DNA from: Antedon mediterranea
Taxonomy: Eukaryota > Animalia > Echinodermata
Assembly: GCF_964355755.1 (NCBI RefSeq)
Contig: NC_092674.1
Location: 28,024,001-28,088,000, forward strand
Direction of reading: 5' to 3'
Length of the DNA stretch: 64,000 nucleotides
The notes beneath the pieces are model-generated. The model searched no databases, was not told where the DNA came from, and saw only the letters and a list, made by a program, of their open reading frames with translations. Positions 24,401-36,400 of the stretch are shown here, one piece after another (within the stretch, counting starts at the first letter, position 1; every line of letters begins with the position of its first letter). A program made the translations under genes and the position numbers.

Positions 24401-27400
24401 GCATTTGACTCTTGTAACACAAATCATTCTTCAAAATCTAAAGAAAGAACCTCACACGTCTTTTTTGTGAGTGATACACTATGGATATGCCCACGGAAAT
24501 AATATGTGGACATTGCAAACAATCATAGGCCTACAGTAACAAACATAACATGGCTAATAAGCATAACATTCAGACTTGCTTGTTTTCTAGTGGATTTTTA
24601 TTTACTTTAGCATGTAGAATAAAACTAGTAACAGTGGCTATATTAATAATTATACTGATTATCCTTGATGTTATCGCGTCTAATAATAAAATATTTTGTT
24701 GTTGATAAGCCCAATTTTTCAGCCTTGATTTTACATTTTGAACGAAAGTATTTATTTGTTGATAAGCCCAATTTTGCAGTCTTAATAATGACCCTTCCAC
24801 AGTGCATTTTACATGATATTGACCGAGGGTTTTTACGCCTCTATAGGCACTGATCAATACCATAATTAATGTACTTTTTTAAATGAATATTGAAATGTTT
24901 CAACACTCCCAGATTTCCTCATCTTTATCGTTTCAAAAATTAATTAAATAATTTTCAGTGTATCACCGGGCGGTTTGGAATTTATTTCTATGCCTGTTGT
25001 GTTTATATATATAATATTAAGTATAATTATGAATTCACCAACACTTTCAGGCCCGGGGCCGAGTTGTAGACCAGACTTCCATGCACAGCCACATGTTAAG
25101 GAATATGAATCTCTTTATGATTTTAATATGGTTCGAAATGATATTACACAACAACGATTAGACAGCAACTGTGCAAGAGTCAAACTAATAAAATCGGAAT
25201 GATCAATTAATTGAACATTTACAGCATAAGGCCCATACACTAGGACGATAACTATCGACGATAAATAGACAAATGTGCATTTTTAATACATAAACCAAAA
25301 GAAATATAAACAATTCCTTTGATGAAAATTATATTTTCACACGTCCAATCAAATGACGTCATGATTAGTAAGACCAATAATATCGTGACAATACAGCGAT
25401 TTTATTGTTTTTATTTATCATGACGTCATTTGATTGGAATTTGAAAAACATTATTTTTATCAAAGACAGCATAAATGATTATCCTATAGGTCTAGAACGA
25501 AAACCTTTCTAATTTCTTTTGGTTTATGTAAAAAAAATGCATGCTATATATTTATCGTCTGTCGTTATCGTCATAGTGTAATTGGGCCTTTATACAAAAA
25601 AAATAAATTGATTACGAAGTTACATGTCATTTTCACCTATCACCAAAAAACTAACCTTTTCAAAACTAATTAATTGTTACGAAGCCAATTTATATTATAT
25701 ATTTCATTAAAACTGAACTTTACGGTAAATGAAGAGTAAGTATCAGTTAATATGAATAATATAACTAGTAGGTCTATGAACTTGCGTCCAGACACAGAAC
25801 TGTGACATTACTATCATAAATGTTGAAACCACTTATAAAACCTTTTTTTTAAAGAAAATATAATTGTGTTAGGAGAAGACTAATAAACAAATAGATAATG
25901 TTCAAACCTTTTTCTGGATTAATTAATGGAGCAGGCGTTCCTAATAATCTTCTGTAGACTGATTGTTCACCTTCTGACGATAATTGATTGGACCCCCCAC
26001 GGCATCTGATAACCAACAAAAAATTTACGAGGACTGTTTCAATGATTTAATATCTGACGGCGTATTATTATAACATTGGCCTAGATTGAAAGTCAAAGAA
26101 AGTCATTGTAAATACCTCCCTTTATGTTGACAGAGCCAAAATAAAGTTTTGACCATTATCGAATGATTATTTGACAGTGACTTATTATAATACCGCCCTA
26201 GTTGACAGCAAAAACGAAGTTATTATTTATTGATCAAGATTTTACAGATTTCCGTCTACATCTCAATAATACTGTATTATCAGCAAAGGCTTTCATATAG
26301 ACTCTCTTCTCCCAGACGTTTTTTGGGTCCAGCAGCTACCTATAAATTATAGTCGAGTTTCCAAATTCACAAAACTGTCAGCCTTAGATACTAAAGCTAC
26401 CGCTATGAAACAGCTTATTAATGAATGTGTCCTCCTGGGACATAGCTGGCTAGAGCCGCGGCGCGAAAAACAGTCATATATAATTTGTACATACTGTGGA
26501 GTAGGAATGCATTCGTTCATACAGTATATCTATCAAACAACATACAGTACTATTTATGTTTAAAGCTAATGTATTTGCTAAAATACATTATTCAATATAA
26601 ATCAACTGACCACTGCTTTAAGTCAAACAGATTTGAAATTTGTCAACACTCGCACACAATTTCCGAACTGTAACCTCCTTTTTTCAAACGCCAAGTGCCT
26701 CAAAGCTATTAATAGAAAAATGTAATCTTAAAGCGGAACATTTATTTTTGCAATTGAGTACGTCCAGTTTGAAAAATTGTTTTTAAACTTGAAAGCTGTT
26801 TTAGAGTGAACCTCTAGGGTACAGCTGTATGCTACTTTTAAAAGCTAAATGCTGTGCCCTTTGAGATTACATTCACGGCGACAGTTTGCTTTTGTAGAAA
26901 GAGAAGATTAAATTGATTTCAATACATTACTGGGATGTCGTTTTCATCCAGGGACGTTTGCCAATAAATATAAAATCATTGTATCCGCATTTCAAATATC
27001 TTAACAGACCAAAATAAAATGTGCATTGAATTATTTTTACACTCACAGACGTACTGTATTGCAGGCCTTTATAGATTAATTTTTGCATTGCATGGTTGAA
27101 AAAAGTTTGATATTTTTTCCACATTGTCTGTTAAGTTATGAAGTGGATAATGATGTGTTGATTATGGTGCTGCAGTGGTATTGGTTGTGGTGATGATTTT
27201 GAAGATGGTTGTCATATGGTAGTGGGGTTTGTGGTGTTTAATGTACTGTGGTTTTGGTAGTGGCTTATGTAAGTGGTAGAAGCCCCTGGTTTAGCACTCC
27301 TAAGGGGCCTCTGAGGCTGGGTAATTTGCATTGGGGCTGCTCATGCCCTGGGCCTTTAAGGTCCGAGGATCCTAGGTTTGGCTAGTGGGATTTCATAGCC

Positions 27401-30400
27401 GTTATGCTACCTGGGGTTTGGTGGTAACAGTAAAGACGGAAGTTTGTGGTGTTTGTAGTCATTTTGAAGCTACAGTAATAACAGTTCATGGTTGTGTTGG
27501 TTATTGTTGAGATGGCTGTGGTGATGGTAGTAGAAATGGGTTTTGGTGGCAAATGTAAAGACTAAAGTTTGTGGTGTTGGTAGTCATTTTGAAGGTACAG
27601 TAATAACAGTTCATGGTTGTGTTGGTCAGTGTTGAGATGGCTGTGGTGATGGTAGTGGAAATGGGTTTTGGTGGCAACTGTATAGACTAAAGTGTGACTT
27701 GTGTTGTGACTTGTTCATGGTGGTCATTGTTCATGGTGGTCATTGTTGAGATGGCTGTGGTGATGGTAGTTGAAATGGTGGTGGTAATGGGTTAATTCTT
27801 GTGGTTGTAATTGTTGGTGGTATTATAACAATTGGTACTAATATATAATAATTGTAGTTTACAGTAGTAAGAAGAAAAAGTGGTTTAGCCAAACAGAACA
27901 AACATACAGTAATCAATGCAATATCCTTCTAGTAATCCCTGAAGCCAAACAATTTAACCTAAATACCCAGTAAACACTTTTAAAGATGTTTCATTATAAG
28001 AAAATTGATTCAGATGAATTACGACTAGTTTTAGGATGTAAAAGAGGAAATGTAGGTAATGTAAAGAGAAGTTATGGAACAACTATTTCACAATTGATAC
28101 AGGTGGCTATTATGCCTTCAAGTGTGTTTCTTATTGATCCGTATAAACTGCGATTTATAAAAATGTACCTATATTCTATGTACCAGATGTTTTTAATACA
28201 AGAATTACATTTTGGCTTTAAGAAAAAAGTAAACCAAGTCAATTGGACTTGCGTAATTTTTATTGGCAATGTTTAAGGAAATTGTAGAAAAAATCAATGT
28301 GCTTCTTTCAACACATTACAGTATTTCCGACTGATAACAATGAAATACATACAGTAGGATACATTTGTTTTATAACATTGATGTCAGTATTATATTATTT
28401 AAAGATGTATTGTCTCTTTGACTAATTCAAAAAAATTATAAAAAAAAGATTTCGAAAAAAAGTGGGTCATTTTGAAGTATAACTATTGTTATTAACTTTC
28501 ACCAAAAATTAGTCCAAAAAAATATCATTTAACTGAAATACAGTCATTTTTTTGTTCAAAAAATAACTTTGACTTCCAGTCAAAGTTTTCGATCAAAACA
28601 TATCTCATAATGCAATGCGCCTGTTTGGCTACTCTGTATGCATAATCATAAAACTTCCTCGCGATCTGTTTGAAAACACTTTCTCAACCATGAAAAGTTG
28701 TAAACAATCCTAATTAGCATCATGTATAATGTGTACTCAGGGTTTGAAATCTTTAGTTACTTTTGCTCGTGACGATTTTCCAGACGAAATGTAATCAAAC
28801 TAATTTACCTGTTAATTACATAAACTTGTTGTTTTTTACTCAAATTTTTGACTTAAAGTGAATAACTTTAATATTACTTTGATATGGCCAATTTAAATTT
28901 AGAATATTTTGACCTTCATTTTTTTGTGTTTCAAGGGACAATACATCTTTAACAAAAATTCCCATCAAAATAGTTTTTGCATTATCATCCAAAATTATAC
29001 TGTTGCTAGTAGTTTAAAAATCTCATTTTGAAAAAACTGAATTGGATAGTATTTATGAATTTTGAGATCATCAATAATGTGTTAAGTATGAGAATACTAT
29101 AAAAAACAATTGAATTTGTTTATAAATATTTTATAGGATAAAAATTATTTTACTTTTAAGTGTCATGAATTATAAATTGAACACATGTATAGCGTATCAA
29201 TAATTAATGTCATTATATTAATTGGACAAGCAAGTTGTTGACGGCTATCTGATAAGAAATTCTGTGGTTTGTTAAATATAGATTGTTAAGGCCGAGGGAA
29301 TATACAGTACAGTATTGTGTTGTGTGCAGAATTTTTGTTAAAACTTTATATTCATCTTTCATCACTAAATTTTAATCAGATGTGCAGATACTGGTTGGAT
29401 CAAGGTCAACATAAGTACTGTATATTTGGCAACCTACTGTACTAGACAAAATTTTAGGCCAACAGATATTTATTTTTCACTGTAGTTCTTGGTAGGCCTA
29501 ATAGCATGCTAATAGTAAGACTTGTCTTTTGATCTGTGAGGGGTACTCATTACTCGCGTTTAACAATACACACTCCTAAAATAGCCATGAGGTGTTCCAT
29601 TTACACTCATTTAGTCCGGGACATTATCAAACTTATGACTAGATTCCTCCATAACTTTATATTGTGACAGCCATTTACAACACACTTGAATTTGGTAAAC
29701 TTCCACATACGTACTGTACCAATATACAAAAATCACACCTACAGCACACCTGAATGTGTTTGGAAGTGCAATTTGTTGAACACCTGCATTTTTAAAATAA
29801 CATTTAAGGCCTAAACTAAGATTAACTGTTAGAGTTATAGATGTATTGTTCCCCTGAAAAAATAATTCTTAACACATTTTTTTTTTAAATATGCTATTTT
29901 AATGTAACATAATAGTATAATATCCACTTTGACAAAAAATTGGATAAAATGAATGTATAAATTTACATGAAAAAACTATTATTTAAAGCAAAATATGGTC
30001 AAATTGGCTTTCAGCCAATGGGTTTTTGTTGAATTTAACCATTTATTTTGTCATTTTATAAGTGAAAACATTTTTTTTTTCATTTTTTTTTCTACGGAAG
30101 TGATTCACTTTATTAAAACTACAATAATAACATATTCAAAGTCTGATTTAATTAATCTTCATTTTTCATGTTTTTTGGGGAAAATTATTACATCTTTAAA
30201 AGTATGAGGCCATCTATTCCTATGGCCCTATGCTATTTTACTTCAAGTGTTTAGTTCAATTTTTTGCAAATACAGAAACTGATAAAATCACATCTTTATT
30301 ACTCTATCTCGTCTTGTTTATGGTTAATGATATTTTATCTTTTTTTCATCAATTTTTTTTTTTGGAATTGAATACTTCAAAATCTTAAAACTAACTGTGA

Positions 30401-33400
30401 ATCATAATAAACTACAGTAATTTGTTATTCAATACTTTTTACATTATAAATTCTAATAACTATGAATATAAAAGCATCATAAACAATATAGGCTATGGGG
30501 CATGGCCTTCTATCGTTTCATTTCGTGATCCCCTATCGGGGGGGAGAATAAAATTGCTATGACAATTATAACAAAAATATAGATAATCTTAAACTGGCCG
30601 GTCCCGGTTGTAAATTTTACGCGTCAACGAAATATGTTTGTTTTTATATGTATTTTATTGTGATATAGAAGATTTTTGTAGGTCAGTACAGGTCGCACAA
30701 TTGACCAATCAAAAAATTTGTCTTTTAACTCATGAAGCTGTGCAACAGTAACTGTCCAATCAGATTCCCTTACACAGCGGGATACGGCTACTAGACGATC
30801 GTAAACAAACATGTGTTGTTCTTCTGGAGCGCGGAGCAGGAAGATGTCATCTTCTGATGATCAAAAACGTTGTTATTGACACAATACATCTAATTCTGGG
30901 ACAATATTAACATTCACAGAAACCAAATGGAAAACTTTTTTAATGTGTACAAAAAGTTGGTGCAATCTAAGCGGCAATCAAAAGGAGTTTTGTAGCCGCA
31001 AATCCTTTTGAAAATATTGAGAGGAGCTTACCAATACTTGTTACCAATTCCTGGCGACGCTGGATGTCATAAAAAGATGCTATCAATATTTCACTGATTG
31101 TAGCAAACAAAGGCGAGCAGTAAAATATGAAATAGAGGATGTTAATTCATCCAACAATGAAGAAGGTAAATTCTATTTGTTTTAATGATAGGTCTAGTCT
31201 AGCCTAGGCTAGGCCCCTACTAGGCCTAGTAATTAGTTCATATCATACTGCCTTGCTAAAAAAAGCCTAGCTAGGTAGGTTGGCGGTGGGTAGTCTACAA
31301 AGTTTATTTTTTTAATATGTATTAAGCCTACGTAGAGTAGGCTAGGCCTAGTATATAATTTTTTTTAAATATCTGGGCCAACAAAAAATGAACCCATAAT
31401 TACAATATGAATTAGGCCTAGCTAGGGTGGCCCCAGTATTATTGTGTAGTGGACCTAGTTTGATGGTACCTCCATCTTGGGAAAAAACATTTGCATTTTA
31501 TTATTCAATGTGGTAATGCATGCAAACCTTGGCAAGTAGCCTCAGGCAAGGACAGAATGGACCAACCTGATGCTTTATGTTGTTATTTGAGACATATTAT
31601 TTGAATTCTTGTACTGCAATATTAAATAGTGTATAGATGATACTGAACTGATTATATTATTATATTTATTACACAAACATTTAGAATCATAAATATTAAT
31701 TAGTATTCTTTTTTTTTACAGAAGAATTTCAAGGATTAGAGTCAACAGAAGAGTTACTAAACGAAGGAGAGTTCTGCGATCACATGTAGCAATTACACAA
31801 ACTGCATAAAAAATGCTGAACGAAGTCGAAGAGTAGCCATCGGCTCACAAACAATTAAAATACCAAAAGCCGAACAGCAAATTCCAGAACAGTTGAAAAC
31901 ATTTTTATCTGCTAATCAAGTTCTTCTTTCAAATATGAAGCATGTGTGAAGCAGATCACCTCAAGGGAATAAATGTATTCATAACATCATCATTATTATG
32001 CCATTCTATTTCAGAATCAAATGGAAAAGTTTTAATCAAGAAGAGGCAGACACCAGAATGTTTCTGTATGCGAAGTATGCTGCACACCATGGTGGTAAAG
32101 ATATTGTTACAATCAGCCCTGACACTGATGATGTTTTTATTATTGGATTGGCATTTTGCAAAAGTCTGCATGGCTCTCACCTATATTTCAATACTGGAAA
32201 AGATGCTAATCTCCGAACAATTCATCTGCAGGCTATTCAGGAACATATTGGAAATGATGTTTCAAATGCATTAATTAGACTACATTGCTTCACAGGATGC
32301 GATTCAGTCAGCGCTTTTTTTGGGAACGGTAAAGTGAAGGCAATGAAACTCGTAATGGAAAACTCTAATTTATGCATTCTTTTCATTGGGCAATTCTACC
32401 AGCAAACTTTCAGATGAATTACTTTGTGATCTAGAAACATTTGTATGTAGGCTGTACAGTATTGTCACAAGAACCAATCTGTCAATGAAGTAAGGTATGC
32501 AATGTTCTCAATGAATGTAAGAGCTGAAAATATGATGCCACACAATAAAGATACTGTATATAAACATATTCAGCATGCCAATTCTCAAGCTTCAATTCAC
32601 AAAGCTAGTTTTATTCAACAACAAAATGCTCCATCTCCTGTTGGAAATGGGTGGAAGATGGCCGATAATAAACTCGTAATTGACTGGATGGAGAAGCAAC
32701 CTGCTCTACACAGCATTCTCGAATTGTCATCCTGGTCATGTAAAAAGTCAAAATGCAATGAAAGGGTTGCAAATGAAAAATGCTGTGTATCCTTAGGATT
32801 CTCTTGTACAGAATTATGCTCGTGCAAAAACTGTAACAATCTTCTTCATACATCAGATGTTTGAAATTGATGGAGATGATAGCGATGATGAGGAAGAGTT
32901 TGAGCAGGAAGAACTTTTTAGTGTAGTTTAAGTGTAATTTATGGTTTACAAATGTTCATTTTACTTGGTCTAAATGATTTTAATGTAATAGGCCTATAAT
33001 ATGTAAATTTATATTAAACTATTTTGTAACGTAACGGATGAACCATGAGAAAGTATAAAATAAAGAACCCATGAGATGATAAGCGATATTAAGACACAGG
33101 AGTATTATAAGAAACTTTCTACTTTGATGCTTACAATACATTAATATGCCTCTAAAATGTAAATTTATATTAAACTATTTTGTAACTTAACTATTTTGTA
33201 ACGTAACGGATGAACCATGAGAAAGTATAAAATAAAGAACCCATGAGATGATAAGTGATATTAAGACACAGGAGTATTAATAAGAAACTTTCTACTTTGA
33301 TGCTTACAATACATTAATATGCCTATAAAATGTAAATTTATATTAAACTATTTTGTAACTTAACTATTTTGTAACGTAACGGATGAACCATGAGAAAGTA

Positions 33401-36400
33401 TAAAATAAAGAACCCATGAGATGATAAGTGATATTAAGACACAGGAGTATTAATAAGAAACTTTCTACTTTGATGCTTACAATACATTAATATGCCTATA
33501 AAATGTAAATTTATATTAAACTATTTTGTAACTTAACTATTTTGTAACGTAACGGATGAACCATGAGAAAGTATAAAATAAAGAACCCATGAGATGATAA
33601 GCAATATTAAGGAACAGGAGTATTATAAGAAACTTTGCTGTAATAATTTCATTTATTTGTTACTAATTGATTACAATTCTATGTTATACATCTACAATGA
33701 AAACAATAATGCAACATTTGATTTATTACTAATTGATTATAATTCTATGTTATGCATCCAATGAAAACAAAAAGTTGCAATTATATAGGAGAGATAATAT
33801 TAATAAATATTTTGTGACAGCATAGTCATGAATTATAAAGATTGAAAATGCATCTTCTTTTCAGTGTGCTTAAATAAATATTAATTAAGGTTTACTAACA
33901 GATACATTTCTTACAAGGACTACAATATTAATCTCAAAATTATGATAAAAATATTGCATGTTAAATGTCAAAGAAAGATACAGTATAAGTTATTCCAATG
34001 GAACGATTGTATTTTATCCAGTACTAACACTAACAGAAAATATACAAAATAGAGGGCGCTATTTCTATGTATTTCTTTATGTTGAGAAATTCGATTTTTT
34101 TACACCTAAAATTACACTTATTGCGTAACTTTTGAAAGCGGGACCGGCTGAATTTGTGTTAATCTAATTATTAACTATAAACTGTGTGAATATCTTCCTC
34201 CCCCCCGTTAGGAGATCACGAAATTCGTTTTCTAGGCCTCTTTTTGGCTCATGCCCCATAGCCTAATACTTTTTATTGTTAAATTCATTTTATAACATTC
34301 ATCTTAAAGATACATTGTCCCCAAAATTCACGAAAATGAAGATGAATAAAATCAGACTTTAAATAGGCCATTTTACACTTTTAATAAAGTAATTCACTTC
34401 TGTAAAAAAAGAAACAACAAATTATTTCACTTATAAAAAAAAAAAAATAAAATTTTAACCAAAAACCATTTTTTGTTTTAGTTTAAATTACATTTTTTCA
34501 GGTAAATAATTTTTTTTTTTTCAAGTTTTTGGTCAAAGTAAATAACTATTACGTGAAATTAAAATGGCATATTCAAATAAAAAAAATTGAAAAAAACATT
34601 TTTTTTTAGGGGGACAATATATTTAAGCTCTGTCTACACTATCAAATTTTTAATTTTATGTGACAAAAATATTTATATGTGCCCATAATATGGACATATC
34701 ACTACCACATTTAGGCACATCACACTTTTTGATAGTGTAGACAGAGCTTTAATGACCAGATTAGCTTTTGAGCAGGTACCATAGTTTTTCTATGACGTCA
34801 AAGCGTGCATATCAATTTTGCTTATAATCTGACTACATCGTAAGTGTGGCATCAGGTGTCACAAAGACTATTAAGTCTCCTCTTAGTCGCAGTCAAGAAA
34901 TTAAGTCATAATTAGCCTCATACAACCTAGGGTAACATACACTCTTTATTATCAGATTCTCGCATTTATTGAGAAATTAGAACTAGTTGTTTGTCGGATT
35001 TTTAGATGTGCTATTTAATGAGGCAGGTGTCTTAATGTCTTGAAATAATGGAATGCATAATTTATTATGTAGGTGTAAAATTAATGTCAAACTTTTCACC
35101 TCCTACGAACAGTAATTACTACTATAGTGTTACATTTAACAATTTGGGTTTTGATTAGACTGCTCGACAACGAGACTACAAACAGTTGCATGCAGTAAGT
35201 TAGTCGGATTCAAATTGCAATTCAAATGATTATTGTAGGTTATAAGCACACAATTTGTAGGCCCTGTTCCACCCTCCACCTTATTGCAATATCCTGGATC
35301 AGACCCTGACCAGACCAATTCACCCCTCCCCTAAACCTGGATCCACCCCTGGTTATCTCAATTTGAATAATTTTGCACAATTCTTAAAACCAGTCTTGTC
35401 AATTTTAGTCAACCATGTTCCTATCTTTATAATTAGTCTATACTGTATGTCCTGATACTGTACTGTACTGTATGTCCTGATACTGTACTGTATGTCCTGA
35501 TACTGTACTGTATGTCCTGATACTGTACTGTATGTCCTGATACTGTACTGTATGTCCTGATACTGTACTGTATGTCCTGATACTGTACTGTATGTCCTGA
35601 TACTGTACTATATGTCCTGATACTGTACTGTATGTCCTGATACTGTATGTCTACTACAGTATCTCTATTATTTTTATAAATGTTTTTTTTTTAATGTACA
35701 GTATTTAAACATTTTAATTTTATGGAATATATTTCCAAAAGCCTGTTTTTGGCCAAGTTGTAATGTATCGTATTTGTTATACATTAAAAAGAAATAGTAA
35801 CGGTAATTTAAAATGGAAGTAAATGTTTCAACCTATGGCACTTTGAGTAATGTATTTATTCCCCTGAAGAAATTGCGAATCTTTTGGGTACAGTTCAATC
35901 AATTAAACATACAGAAAGAGTATGTAATTGTGCTTGGTGGAGGTCATTCAGGTCATGCGTTTAGTCTTTGCTGCAGTAGCTTACACAAAATACAGAGAAC
36001 TTTTCTCTGAACCTTACATTAATCTAATGGTTAGTTTAAAAATCATTAGAACATTGTTGATGCATACTGAGCATCTAGGATTTGTTCGGACATGTGTAGA
36101 ATTTTATTGCTTAAACAGCAGTGTAAACCAAATTTATGTGTGACAACCAAATACTGTACGTGTGCACTAACTGTAAAATAACCTTAAGACTTCGGAACGA
36201 AGACCACGTACAATTATGCTCGTTAAATGTCTCCCTCTGGGCTTGAATGCATAAATATTCGATGGAGAAATAACTTTTAGTGTTTTCTCATAAAAATACA
36301 TCAATGAAAATGTATTTGTTTCTATATGTCAATATTGGTGCGTGAGTGTGCTTTTGCTTTTAGACACATTTACAGTAGTATTTGCTTGATAACATCTTGT

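Larger units (their letters stand above)
30489..34265 (+). mobile_element. Academ-superfamily DNA transposon (XPG-type, AcademX), internally deleted, non-autonomous
   Basis: Perfect 16-bp termini TAGGCTATGGGGCATG / CATGCCCCATAGCCTA extending as ~140-bp imperfect TIRs; 3-bp TSD ATA on both sides; internal XPG/PIN-like and Cys-rich coding remnants. Confidence 0.8.

Noticed and set aside
31998-32864. Host FEN1/XPG or tesmin-like gene nested in the intron
   Set aside because: Frameshifted, and enclosed by TIRs and a TSD, so better explained as an Academ remnant
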